Assembly (NCBI GenBank): GCA_964016885.1
Contig: OZ024741.1
Coordinates: 143,344,001 to 143,408,000 of the forward strand
DNA length: 64,000 bases
Direction: 5' to 3'
Origin: Eledone cirrhosa
Taxonomy: Eukaryota
Positions 14,130-27,435 of this stretch are shown one piece after another; the first letter of the stretch is position 1; every line of letters begins with the position of its first letter. A program made the position numbers and the translations under genes. Under the pieces are notes generated by a model. It saw only the letters and a program-made list of their open reading frames with translations, was not told the origin of the DNA and did no database searches.

Positions 14130-16150
14130 CTCCTGGGAGGGATGTGGGGGCAGAGTCCTCAGACATATCTACTTGAAGGTCCTATCAGAAGCAACTGTCT
14201 CCATTTCATCCAGCAGGATCCCCAAACAAGTTCATAGATGTTATCTAACCATCTCATAGTCTACTTCTGGATCTCCTGATGATTGGTTTTGTCCATAAAA
14301 TCTGTCCAGTGATTCTTTTCTGAGACATTCTAATCACATCTCTGTAGTATCGGAGCTGTGATCTCTCAATTCGGAGAAGTAACTACCCTATTTGGAGAGA
14401 CACTCTGATCTTTGAGCTATGCAACCTATTGAGTAACATTACTCCAAAGACCTTTCGGAGGAAGACCATTTTGACCAATTGTATTCATGATTGTATTATT
14501 TCGGTCATTCCCAAGATTCATAACCAAAGGTAAGGGTAGGTATGAATACCAAATTGAAATCATATATTCCAATATATCCTTTGCAACTCTTTCTGTCACT
14601 TTCATAACTTGGTCCATTAATTTTATTCATCTATAATTGCTCCTTTCTAGGGCATCAGCTTTGTCCTTGTAGCGATTCACGATTCACGATTGTACTGTTG
14701 TGCCAGTCATTGGGTATGACACCGTCCTGTATTACCTGATTGACTTTGTGGGTTACTCGTTTGACTCCAACTTTTCATGATGCTTTTAGCATCTCAGCAA
14801 CTATCTCTGATGATCCTGCAGCTTTACAATGTTTCATTTCCTTGATTGCTTCTGTAACCCTATAACTGTCAACTTCAATGACTGGCCCTTCTGTTGGATA
14901 AGTTAGGGGTAGTTTTTCTTCCTGCAATTCATTCTTTACATTAATCAGTCTCTCATAGTAATATTTCCAGGCTCTTTCTTTTGAGCAGCAGTAGTGTTAA
15001 ATGCACTAGTGTTATTTCTAACACACTTTCCCCCAACAACATCACGATTCACACTGATACACTGCCTTGCAATGCAGAACATGTCATGTCTCTGATCCTC
15101 ACACCTCAGAACATTGACAAACGTTTTTTTCCAGCCTCTCTCCAAGCTGTGTATACCTGTCGTCTAGCTTCCCTCTTAGCTACTTAGTATCGGTCTCTGC
15201 TACCCCCATTTTTCAAGTCTTTCCAAGCCTGTGTCTTAGCTTTGGTGCCTCTATCCACTGAGCTGTTCAGTACCAGGTCACCCTCTGTCTGGCTGGTACT
15301 CTACTCCAGGCACAAGTCTTGTCAGTAGTTTGCAAAAGGTTGTCATACAAGAATTTCCAGTTGTCTTCTACATCATAGGTATCTAGCGCGTCATTTCTCT
15401 TATCAAATACATCCTGTAGGGCCTCTCTAAACATATATTTAACTGAAAGGTCCTTTAGCTTCCTGACCCTCTGTCTCCATATTTTCCTGTCTATCTTGTT
15501 CTGTCTTGTGCTTATTTTGATGTCACTAATAACTAACTTGTGTTGAGCGGTGTATTTTCATCAGGGAAGAGCTTAGTATTTATTAGTCTGTTTGTCTTGT
15601 TATCTTACAAGTAAATAATCAATTTGGCTTTGTGTTCACCTGATTGAGATCAGGTGGCTGGCTGGTTTCCTGAAATTTGTGTTGCAAATGGTTAGTTCAT
15701 TTACATCACAGAATTCCAGGAACCTCAATTCCTCTTCATTTCTTGAGCCATAACCATAGCCATTGTGAACTCTACTGAATCAGTCCTGGTACTGCCTCAT
15801 ATGTCCAGTGAAGTTGCCTGCTAGGATGATGAGGTCACCTTTATCGGTACCTGAAGTTTTCTGTAAAAGTTCTTCAAAGAACTTGTCTTTTTGCTCTAAC
15901 TACTTCTATCACTTTATTTATCCTTTTATAAGCTAGAAAGATGCCTACACCACCTATGCCCTCATTATTTCCTATCCTGTAAATCTTGTATCCATGCTGT
16001 TTGCCTGTCAGCAATTTTGCTGAGGCACCTCCCTCCATCTCACCACCTATACACAGCATATATCCACTTCATAATTTCACCTGATTTACATTTCAGGGTG
16101 CCAACATTGAAGGTGGCAGTCCTGAGTTTTGTACCTTGCCAGTTGTTATT
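14130..16150 (-). mobile_element. Composite degenerate RTE LINE: family-B 3' end (about 14130-14550) joined to family-A EN/RT portion (about 14560-16150)
   Basis: [25 protein letters not shown] and CEDQRHDMFCIARQC match the 969-3650 element; 14130-14500 matches 52100-52460. Confidence 0.75.
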
Positions 16151-17220
16151 TCCTTGGGTAGAAGTCCTATGTATTTAAAAGGGAAAAGGGTCGTGCAATT
16201 GCTTGATGATGGTCAAGGGGTTCTTGCACATGGTTACTCTAGCCACCCCACTACCATGTACAGCTCTAACATTACTAGTGTTTGTCATACTGTTTGGTAG
16301 GGTTTTTCTGGTTAGATGCCCTTCCTATCACCAACCACCTGACAGTGTTGACTGGGTTCATTCATACCACCAGCACTAAAGAGTTTATCTTACTGGATTC
16401 AAGAGTCCTCTCCAACCAGTGTTTTTATTTTGAGTTTCTACTCTCCTAGACAGGTTGCCTTCACTATGGCTTACAGAACCCACGTTTACCCCATGCAGTA
16501 GTCATTAATTGGAGTTACTGCCCTCCTTGATGGGTTGCTGTCACCATGGCTTGCAGAGTCCATGTCTGCCCCATGCAGTCATTTTTAATCGGAGTCACTG
16601 CTCTCTTAGGTGGGCTACTTTTGTTTCATGTGTTGGGTCCACATCTACCCTGGAGGTCATTTGTAATTTGGGATTTCTACCATCTTATATGAAGCTCAGC
16701 ATCTGCCCCATAAATCATAATCTTAATTTTCTCGGGGCTAAATCAGCATTGTTGATGTAGGAGGGGGGTAAGTGTAGTGTTGTGAAAAGCAACAGGCGGG
16801 AAGATGGTGGAAAGGGAAAGGTGCAAGGCCATGTCAGTCAAACAGCAAGCTGGTAGGTGGTGGATAGGGGTGGGTGGGAGTGGTGCAGAGATGCTATATC
16901 AGAAAGTTAGGGTGAGAGAAGCGGCTGTTAAACATCAAAATAATAATAATAAATATAAAATGAAAACACGTAAATAGAAATGTTAAAAAACACCATACGG
17001 ATTAATACAGGAAGATGAAAGACAAAGAGGACTAAAGAAAATCATCTTATCTGCTTTGGTTCCTCCATGCCAAATGTTGAGAAAGAGATGGGAAAGGCAA
17101 AAAGGGAAAGTTAGCCTGCCTGATTAAAGGAAGGGGGAGGGGCTGCATGGTCATCATGACAAACGTTACAGTGAAAAAAGTCATGGCAAAACAGCAAAAA
17201 TTTAGAACATCAAAATAATA

Positions 17221-17403
17221 ATTATTTCCACTTTCGGCACAAGGCCAGCAATTACCCCAGTGTATTACTGGTACTTTATTTTATCGACTCCGTAAGGATG
17301 AAAAGCAAAGTTAACCATGGCGGGATTTGAACTCAGAACGCAAAGGGCCATAACTCTATGCTGCAAAGTATGGTGTCTGACACTCTACCAATACTGCCAA
17401 TCC
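17221..17403 (-). mobile_element. SINE (short subfamily ending ...gaaacaattatt) with 18-bp direct flanking repeat
   Basis: aacatcaaaataataatt at 17206-17223 and 17404-17421; B-box and Meta-like core on the minus strand. Confidence 0.85.
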
Positions 17404-17414
17404 AACATCAAAAT

Positions 17415-17595
17415 AATAATTGTTTCTACTTTTGGGACAAGGCCAGCAATTATCCCAGTGTATTACTGGTACTTTATTTTATCGACCCCGTAAGGATGAA
17501 AAGCAAAGTTAACCTCGGCAGGATTTGAACTCAGATCATAAAGGGCCATAACTCTATGCTACAAAAGCATGGTGTCCGACTCTCTACCAATACTG
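17415..17595 (-). mobile_element. Second SINE of the same subfamily, in tandem with the previous one
   Basis: Near-identical to 17221-17403. Confidence 0.85.
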
Positions 17596-18639
17596 CGGAA
17601 AGTTAGGGCAAGAGAAGTGGGCGTTAAACATAGAAATAATAATAATAAATATAAAAATAAAAACATGTGGATTGAAATGTTCCCATTCCATCCCATCCTT
17701 CATTCAGACAAAAACCATACAATCCAATATAGCCTTCCCAATATATCACGCTGAAAACATAATGGCTCTATTCTGATATCAAAGAATGTTGAACCAAATT
17801 AGTAATCCTGAGGTAAACCCAAACTACCAATCTCAGACTCCCTACAAAACAATGCAAGCATTGCTCTTCTTCCTTTGACTAAACTCTAAAACATAATACA
17901 CACAGAAACATGCATACACACGCACACACTCATGATCCCAAATGAAAGATTTTGTCAAAGTACAGCTATGAACAGCCTATCCTCCAATGTGGTTGTACTG
18001 ATGCCATGGCAAGAAGCATCCTGTCCACTTTGTAAGGTGGTTATGCTGGTATCATGTCAAAAAGCATCCAGCCCACACAGTAAGGTGTCATAGTGGTGCC
18101 ATGACTAAAAGCATCCAGTTCACCCTGTAAGGTAGTTATGCTGGTGCCACAACTAAAAGTACCCTTTAGGGTGATCATCCTTAAGTCATGACAACAACAC
18201 CCAATTCAACTTGTAAAGTGATCATGCTAGTATTACATTAAAAAATACCCTACAGAAGGGCATCCAGCAGTAGAAAACCATATCAAAAACACGATCACCT
18301 GACCTGTCTAGCCTCGTAATGTAACAACTTATCTAACACCCACACTTGCATGGAAAATAGACATTAAACAATGATGACAGTGGTGGTAGTGATGATGATG
18401 TGGTAGCCATGGTAATGATGGTGGTGAAGTGTGGCTGAAAAATGCCCTGGAGCCAGAAGTGATAGTCAAGTGAGAACAAGTGTACCCATCCATCCCTACA
18501 GATGCCACTGCCGGGCATCAAGTTAGTCTCTCTATCAGAATTACTTGGTTTTGAGATAATGTTTATTTAAATCCTGGATAATGGTATGTCTGGTATTGAG
18601 ATAAATTAAATTTCTTGAAATCATATCAGTACTACTCAC

Positions 18640-19208
18640 CTGAAATTTCGGTAAAAGTGTAAAATCTGTACAAGCTTTCTCACTAAGATGCAATTTGGTC
18701 ATGTTAATCCAAGCACAGCAGACACACTGCACATGAAAGCACCGACAGACACTGTTCGTTGGCAAACTGGCTGCAGTTTTATTAGGTAATGTTATATTCG
18801 AGTTGCTTTGCAAAGGTACATTTTTTTTTATATCCCCTTTTGTTAATTTCACCTTGTTCAAGTTATGGGTGTCTTTCATGAAGTCTGCAAGATCTATCAT
18901 CGTGATGTTCAGATCTAATTTGAAAGACTCGCTTATAAACTTGATCACTGGACGACTCTTTATAACGCCAATCGCTGATAGTTTTTCCAGTGTTTTGTTT
19001 TTCAGCGTTTCGCCGATTTGTAATACTTTGTCTAATTGGCTTTTTTTCACGATGGTTTCATTTTTGGTGATATTTTTCAAGCGTGGTTTACTGGGTTTTA
19101 TGAAACTGGTTGGCACCTGTGTTAATGATTTTGTATGTACTGTTGTAGATATAATCTTTCGTAGAGTTATGATTTCTTTGATTTCTTTGACGTGTTCATG
19201 ACTTTTAT
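18640..19208 (-). CDS. Coding exon 2 (569 nt): K/T/S-rich stalk plus first half of Cys-rich DUF4773-like domain (CRCFHVQCVCC...C)
   Basis: Polypyrimidine acceptor tttattctattttcag| before 19208; open frame continuous with ORF 18541..19116; donor CAG|GTGAGT at 18639; phase 1 in, phase 0 out; seven N-x-T sequons. Confidence 0.85.
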
Positions 19209-19289
19209 CTGAAAATAGAATAAAAACAAAAGGAATTGTGATTACAAAAAATATATATATATTTTTTGGGGAGCTACATCAACAACACA

Positions 19290-20520
19290 AAGCAGGGATT
19301 AACCCTGTAGGACCCATGACATAGTTCTCCATATTGCCCTATCTTATGCATCCCCTTCACCAATCACCTGGCTTTCATATCCTCCTCCATCATCTTCAGC
19401 TATTTAGCCATGACTTTCTTGGTCTTCTTTTATTTCCTTCCACATTCATTTCCATTACTCCTCTCACTCAGTCACTTTTATCCTTCCTCAATACGACCCA
19501 ACCATCTCAAAACATTTCCCAACTTTCACAACACACATCACTGACTATATTTCCCAATCACTCCTCTTGCCCAGTCATTTTCATCCTTCTTCAACACATG
19601 ACCCAACCATCTTATGCCATTTTTCTTCATAACTGGTTCTATTTCCACCATCATCTGCAATTCATTGTTTGCCTTCCTCTATTTCAGTGATATTCCACTA
19701 ATCCACCAAACCTTTCTTTTCAGCTTTCTCTACTGCTGCTCTAGATTCATCACCTGCGCCTCACTCATCACGGCACTTCTCCTGCAAACAGCATACATCC
19801 TTCCCTTATAGCTGTCACATTATTTAATAATCCCTTCACACCAATACATTTCTGATGTACCCATCCAATGCATAGCATACACTCTTCCTTTTCTTTCTAC
19901 TTCACCTCATGCTATACCACTTACCATCACCTCATTTTTCTGATATTTACCTTCAAACCTTTTACCTTCCTACATTCTATCCACCTACTGGTCAGTTCAT
20001 CCTTACTCTCTGCTATTACCACATGGTCATCTGCATAAATGAATGCTCCAAGAAACACCCTCATTTACACTTCAAGCCAGAGCCTCCATCACAACTGCAA
20101 ATATTAGTGGGCTTAATACTGATACCTGATGCACTCCACCTTTCACTTCAAACTCACTACTGTCCCCATCTATCTTCCTTAAAATTGTACATGTATTGTC
20201 ATTACTCTTAACTCTCTCATGTCACTATTTCACATGGAACCTAATCAAAAGCTTTCTCCAGATCAACAAACCCAAAAGACAAATTTTTTCTCTTGTATCT
20301 GTACTTCTGTAACTGCCTCACAATAAATATTGCATCAATTGATTATCTTTCCAGCATAAATCAAAACTGCATTTCAACAATCTTCACTTTTTTCCTTATT
20401 CTCTTCTCTAACATTATTTTCAGTACCTTCATTCCATGTTCCAATAACTTATTGCTCTACACAAGCCCCATTCTAGATGATCACTTTTCCCCTTGTAGAG
20501 AGTACTCAACTCCCAATCCA
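19290..20520 (-). mobile_element. Old, highly decayed RTE-like LINE (RT region)
   Basis: Minus-strand remnants of GFVDLEKAFD (about 20245-20275) and AFIYADD (about 20025-20045). Confidence 0.6.
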
Positions 20521-20656
20521 CTGGAATATGGTCTTCTTCCACAACTAACCTATAGATCTGTATACTTTCAACAACTCCAGTTTTTCCACTCTTCATCTTT
20601 CTCAGTTCTTCATAAACTTCTTACTTAGTGATCTCTGTTATTCTGAAAACTGGATT

Positions 20657-20705
<49 letters not shown>

Positions 20706-21193
20706 GTTGCTATTCGATTCATTCTCCATATCTCTGTTCCACTTTCCTTTAGGTTCATGATAGTTTGTCCTTCCTCGTCATTCAAGCAACTCACCTCTGT
20801 AACATTATATCACATCTCTCTTTTGCTATCTGCTGCTTTGCAATCTTAAATAACTCTCTCAAGAGGACCACCAAGATATTCAGAAATATGGTGGTGGGTT
20901 GATGAAGTTAGAAGAAGGGATTATCAAGAAGAGGAAGAGAACTGGGTAATGCCAGAAGAGTGTTGTATGATAGAAGAGACATTGCATAAAAATTACAAGG
21001 CAACCAAGAAGGCTGCAAAGAGAGGAAGTGGTAATAGCAGAGGAGAGCTATAGGAAAATGTCTGGAGAATATAAGGTTTAAGAGAAGAGTCAAAGAGAGG
21101 TCTTTTGTTACATTATCTAGAACAGATTGTTGTTAGGTGAGTCAGTAAAATCGTTACTCCAACTCTTGCTAACAGGCAAAAATGAATGTTAAA

Positions 21194-21229
21194 TGATGAT
21201 GATGGTGGTGGTGGTGGTGATGGTGGTGG

Positions 21230-21274
<45 letters not shown>

Positions 21275-21317
21275 GGAGGAGGAGGAGGAGGAGGAGGAGG
21301 AGGAGGAGGAGGAGGAG
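21194..21317 (+). repeat. Compound trinucleotide repeat (GAT/GGT)n(GAG)n, probably expanded from an RTE/SINE tail
   Basis: Follows the aatgttaaatgatgat motif typical of these 3' ends. Confidence 0.9.
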
Positions 21318-21781
21318 AAAATAACTAGCAGCATTTGTTTCGGCTCTCTGCACCAAGACCAACTTTGCTAGTCATCCTATTTGGGATGGTAAAAATGATG
21401 TGCTAGTCCAAGGCAGAATTGTTAGTTGTTACAGTTATAGATGAGATGTCTTGTGGTATTTGTTTCGGTTCTTTATGTCTGAGTTCAAATGTCACTGCAG
21501 CCGACTTGGGTAATAGACTGAAATCTGTTGCTTAGTTTAACACCACATCTCAGTCCTAGAGTGTCTTGAGTGGAGTAAAAAAGTTCATTCTGCTGCAAGC
21601 ATTTGGACTAGGCCTCCAATTTGAAGATACTTTCAACCCTGCCATTAGCTTCAGAAACTTTGAAAAGATCATGAGCACTATCCTTCCCTTCCTGACAAAA
21701 AAAAATCCCCACAATGTCTCAAAATATTCCAACACAAGGACCTAATTTATAGTCAAATATTCCAACACAAGGATCTAATTT

Positions 21782-22770
21782 CATCATCATCATCACCATT
21801 CTACGTCAATGTTTCCACGCTAGCATGGGTTAGACAGGTTGTCCTGTTGTGGGCAATGCCAGGTCAGGTGACCATATCTTGCTCATACAGGACTGATCTT
21901 GGCTCAGTTTCTACAGCTGGATGCCCTTCCTAACACCAACCTCATTTACAATGAGTACTGGATGCTTTTTTACCATGGCGCCTATACAACCACTGTACAG
22001 TGTGGACTGGGTACTTTTTGTTGTGACACCTACACGACAACTTTACAGTGGGAGGGGCATGGGGGCACATTGTCTATATGCTTCAGCTTCGGCTTGTACT
22101 CGTGGGAACTTGGGTTTTCTGTATTATTGTGTAACACCAGAGGTCTCGGTCCTGTGTCATCACCTTTGAGAGGTGCAATTGGGCAGTCAATTTTTATCAC
22201 CTCATTCGAGGTCTCTTGGGTCTCGCCACTCCAAGGCCTCCATTGACTTTTAGTGCTCTGCACCTTTTTATGCAACTGTCATCTTTCATACGCATCACAT
22301 GTCCATACCAACGCAATCTACTCTCCTGCACACAACATTTGATTCATCTTATGCTTAGTCTCTCTCTTAATTCGTTTATGCTTTGCCATTGGCATATATT
22401 ACTATTACATATCCATCGGAGAATGCAAGCTTCGTTTCTTTCTAATCTACGCAAGTCTTCTGCACACAGTGCCCAGGTCTCACTACCATGTAACATTGCT
22501 GTTCATATGCACGCATCATACAGTCTGCCTTTCATTTTGAGGGAAAAGCCATTTGCAGCTAACAGTGGTAGTAGCTCCCTGAACTTTTTCCATCCGTTTT
22601 TACTCTGGTTACAGTACTTTCAGAACATCCCCCTCCGCTGCTAATTCAGTCACCTAGATAGCAGAAGCTGTCTACTGTTTCTACAGAGCCCTCCCAGAAT
22701 TTGGTAGTTTTTGTTTCCTGTGACTGTTTGCTGCTTATTGTCCCGGAGCCTTAGCTCGACTTCCTGAGAT
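21782..22770 (-). mobile_element. 5'-truncated RTE LINE (family A) inserted into a 33-bp tandem repeat
   Basis: (CAT)n tail at 21782; RLRWYGHV-type C-terminus; the flanking unit aaatattccaacacaaggacctaatttatagtc occurs on both sides; ctaattt is duplicated. Confidence 0.88.
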
Positions 22771-22999
22771 CCTAATTTATAGTCAAATATTCCTACACAA
22801 GGACCTAATTTATAGTCAAAAGTTTCTTCTAGAAGCACATATATTGTAATGAGAAATATAAACAGTCTGTTTCAAAATTCCTTGTGTTGCTGATATTTAA
22901 AGAATATTTAATTAGCTATAACACAGACTTCAGTAGATTACTACGGGGCAGAATGTACCACCATGACAATATATACATTAAATGTAGATTAGATTATTA

Positions 23000-23213
23000 T
23001 GTCAGGCCACTCTCGAGTGCTACTGGTAACATGTAACCTAGTACAACCTGTCGCATGGTCGGGTCGTCAGCGACTACACCGGCAACCCCATCAAGTTTAC
23101 TTGGTGAGGAGGGTGATTTTGGACATCCTGCAGGACAAAAACAAAACCTGACAAAGGTCGGAAGAACTCATAAGAGTCAACAGCCATCCAAAAATTGTGT
23201 AAATGTGTATATA

Positions 23214-23277
<64 letters not shown>

Positions 23278-26200
23278 TAGCCTTGGTCGGCAATCTGTCT
23301 AGGAGAGGGACCACTCTGATTTCAAAGCCGGAGTGGACAGAGCTCTTTGGCCTTAATAGGTAATCTGTCAAACCAATCCTGACTGAGTCAAACGACGACA
23401 TTGGTAAGCAGGATGTTGTATCAGTAGATAAGGCAATGATCAAGTAACTGTGAATTTGGTTCATACTACTAGTGGCAAGGCGATCATATCAACTATTGTT
23501 GGATGTTTCGGTGAGGCACAACCGCTCTAATACAGAGTACTGCTTTCACTTGTATGGAGTAGCGACCGCAAGTGTATATCCAGCTATTGAAAGCTAAATA
23601 TGACACAAATCCTTCAATGTTCATCCTGCAGCTCTCGTCGTGTCGTTAAACAAGGAGCGCGTCCTGCAACGGATTCCCAGATTGCAGTCGAAAAATCAGA
23701 TACTGGGAAACATACACGGAGAAAACAACCAACCCGACTTGTACACGGAAAGAAAGACATCTTTGCTGGTACACTCAATGTTCAAACACTCCAGAAAGAC
23801 CATAAAATCCCTGAACTGATTGCTTCAGCAGGGGCGACCCACCATGATGTTATCTGTCTTCAGGAGCACCGGTTCATACATGAAGAGCTTGTAACAAAGG
23901 AGGAAATATTTGGCAATTGGAGGCTGATAACCTGCTCAGCTTGTAAAGACAACATGAATGCAGCAAATGGTGGAGTTGGAATACTTTTCAGCCCGCGAGC
24001 CTATGATGCACTTGCGAGTGTTGAAATGATAACATCAAGGATAATGATAGCTACGTTTAACGAGAATCCTAAAACCACTGTAATCTCTTGCTATAGTCCA
24101 ACAATTGTAAGTGACATGGCCGAAGTAGAGAGGTTTTACATGGAACTAACATCACTCACTAGACAAATCCCGAAACATAATGTTCTCATCATTGGCAGAG
24201 ACTTCAACACGCGTCTTGGACAGCTTGATGGATTCAAATTCTTATACCACTCACAAATCAATAGAAACGGTTGTATGTAAAAAGATTACTTGTGTGAGAA
24301 CAATTTATACTGTCTCAACGTCATATTCCAAAAAAGACCAGGCCAGCGGTGGACACACAAATCTCCAAATGGCGACAAGACACAACTGGATTGTATCATA
24401 ATCAATCGAAAATGGAAGAACAGCGCAAAAAACTGCAGAGCATATGACTCATTTGTTAGTGTTGACTCGGATCATCGCATTGTCTCAGCCAAGATGCGAT
24501 TAGGTCTCCGAGTAGTTAAAAAGAAATCTGCAAGTGCTACTTCTTACAACCGGGCAGTTCTGAATACCAATCCTGAGACTTACAAAACCTTTGTAACCCA
24601 ACTGAGCAACCGATTTGCTGCCCTACAAGACTCTGCGCCAGCAAAATCGTCAAATTCTACATTTAACCACTTTCAAATGGCATTCAAAGAGGCAGCGGCC
24701 GACACCATCTCTTTAAAACCCAAGGTTAAAAAATGAAAACCCTGGGAAACAGAGAGGATACGCCAAAAGCGCAAAGAGTTGCGAAAAGCTGCAGAATTGA
24801 AAGACACTCAACGATCTCCAGAAAACATTAGCAACTTCAGTATTGCTTGTACAGCACTGAAAAGTGAGTATGAAATTGAGCAAGCCGAATACATGCCGAG
24901 AAAGTTCAATCATATCTCGAGTACTGTCAGCAATAAGAAGTCTGCTGAAGCCTGGAAAACTGTCAATGAAATTAGTGGCAGAAAAAGTAGTGACAGAGCC
25001 AAACTGAAAGCCTCCAGCCAAGACGAACGTTTAAAATTGTGGCAACAACATTTTCAGAACCTACTTGGCAAAGCACCACAGATCATCGAAGAAGAAATAA
25101 TACCCGTTTTTACAGAGGAACACCAAATACAGAAAGGTCCTTTCACTATGGAGGAACTACAGAAGGCAGTGAAAGGTATTGGAAACGGAAAAGCGTGCGG
25201 ACTCGACGAGATCCCAGCTGAAGTGTGGAAGGTACCTGAATTTCACCCAATCCTACTAGAGTTGTGTAATGGTGTCTATAATGAAGACCCCATAGACAAA
25301 TGGACTGAGGGATGTATACTCCCTTTTCCCAAAAAGGGCGATCTTGGAATGGCTAAAAACTACCGTGGCATAACACTAATGGCAATTGCCGCAAAGATAT
25401 ACAATCTCATGCTGTTTGACAGAATAAGACCTGTCATTGCTGAGAAAAAACCAAAATGGCTTCTGCACCAACAGATCAACATCAGGGCAAATACTTACTA
25501 TTCGGCGTATCTTGGAAGGCGTAAAAGCCAAAAAACCTCCCAGCAACTCTCCTATTTATTGACTTTTCAAAAGCATTCGATTCCATCCATCGTGGGAGGA
25601 TGAGAGAGATACTTCTAGCCTACGGCTTGCCAAAGGAAACAGTAAATGCCATCATGATGTTATATAAAAACACCCGCGCAATGGTGCGCTCACCTGATGG
25701 AGATACCAACTTCTTTGATATCATTGTAGGAGTACTCTTGCACCATATATTTTTATCATCTGCCTCGACTATGTATTCAGAAAAGCCCTGGACGAAAACT
25801 TAGAGCTTGGTTTCACTCTCACAAAGCGAAAGTGTAGACGCCATGCAGCTCAGAAAATCACCGATGCTGACTATTAAGGATGCAACATCACTACTTCACA
25901 GCATCGAATCAGTTGCAAAGGAAATCGGACTCTATGTCAACGCAGGCAAAACAGAATATATTTGCCTGAACCAAGACTCCTCAGTTGGTATGCGAAGTCT
26001 AAACGGCGATATAATCAAGCAAGTTGACGACTTCAAATACCTGGCTAGCTATATCGCCTCCACAGAACATGATGTTAACATCAGACTGGAAAAAGCCTGG
26101 GGAGCATTGAATGCAATGGAAAAGATATGGAAATCAAACCTGCCGGCCAAACTGAAAAGGAATTTCTTCAGAGTTGTTGTGGAATCTGTGCTTGTTTATG

Positions 26201-26584
26201 GCTCTATCACTTGGACGCTAAATCGAAACTGGACAAAAAGCTAGACGGGGCATACACACGTATGCTCCGCGTGTCTTGGAGGGAACACCCAACAAATAAG
26301 GATCTCTATGGCAATATACCACCTATCAGCAGGTCAATATGTGGACAGAGACTCAGATTTGCTGGCCACTGTTGGCGCAGCAAGGAAGAAATAGCAGGTG
26401 GTGTGTTGTTATGGAGTCCATCTCATGGAGCAAGAAATGCTGGTCGTCCCAAGAAGACATACGTCAAGCAACTTGAGGACGATACTGGATGCACTGCGGA
26501 AGAACTGGCAAACGCTATGAGAGACAGAGATGGATGGAGGAAACGTGTCGTAGAAAGCCGAGCAAGCTCGACCTGATGATGATG
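23000..26584 (+). mobile_element. Near full-length RTE-superfamily LINE (5' UTR, EN+RT ORF from about 23600, (TGA)n tail), disabled; 9-bp TSD AGATTATTA
   Basis: EN motifs (GTLNV, CLQEH, SCYSPT, DFN, SDHR); RT motifs (ILPFPKKGDL, NYRGITL); C-terminal RLRFAGH...GRPKKTY; stop codon runs into tgatgatga; agattatta at 22991-22999 and 26585-26593; several stops and frameshifts. Confidence 0.93.
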
Positions 26585-26837
26585 AGATTATTACTGCAAC
26601 CATAATGATAACATAGCTGTAAATACGATGCCACTATAATGATATCATCACTGTAGCTATAATGCCACTATAATGATATCATCACTGTACAAACAACACC
26701 GCTATAATGATAAAATATACATATTAAATACAACACTACAATAATGATTATATCACTATAAATACAATGGTACTATAATGATATCATTACTGTACATACA
26801 ACACTACCATAATGATATCATTATTGTACATACAATG

Positions 26838-27028
26838 AGGGCAGTGGATTGGCAGTATCGGTAGAGGGTCGGACGCCATGCTTTCCAGCATAGTTACGTC
26901 CCTTTGCGGTCTGAGTTCAAATCCCGCCGAGGTTAACTTTGCCTTTCATCCTTACGGGGTCGATAAAATAAAGTACCAGTAATGCACTGGGTAATTGATG
27001 GCCTTGTGCCAAAAGTAGAAACAATTAT
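26838..27028 (+). mobile_element. SINE (short subfamily), flanked by attattgtacatacaa direct repeat
   Basis: Head gcagtggattggcagtatc, B-box gagttcaaatcc, Meta-like core; direct repeat at 26820-26835 and 27024-27039. Confidence 0.88.
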
Positions 27029-27169
27029 TGTACATACAACACCATCATAATAATCTTCACTCTACATACAACGCCAGCATAATATCATTACTGTACATAT
27101 ATACCACCATAATGATAACATATATATTAAATACAACACTACAATAATGATATCATCACTGCACATAGA

Positions 27170-27389
27170 ATGGTTTCTGATTTAGGCACAAGGCCAACAA
27201 TTTGGGGTGAGGGGAAAGTCGACTAAATCAACCCTAGTACATTACTGGTACTTTATTTTATCGACCCTGTAAGGATGAAAGACAAAGCTAGCCTCAGTGG
27301 GATTTAAAATCAGAACGCAAAAGGCCATAACTCTGTGCCGCAAAGCATGTTGTGTCGACGCTCTACCGATACTGCCAATCCACCACCCT
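27170..27389 (-). mobile_element. SINE, inverted relative to its neighbours
   Basis: Reverse complement of the same head and core. Confidence 0.83.
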
Positions 27390-27435
27390 ATGACTGTACA
27401 TATAATGCCACCATAATGATATTATTACTGTTCAA

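Noticed and set aside
21113-21371. Poly-Ser and poly-Asp/Glu ORFs
   Set aside because: Trinucleotide expansion of a retroposon tail, with no splice or coding support.
23372-23405. Hammerhead-like ctgactga-gtc-aaac-gac-gaca in the LINE 5' UTR
   Set aside because: Both core boxes deviate (CTGACTGA, GACA) and no third stem or cleavage site is available.
26838-26930. tRNA genes at B-box motifs GAGTTCAAATCC
   Set aside because: No cloverleaf; each continues into the SINE core, so these are SINE heads.
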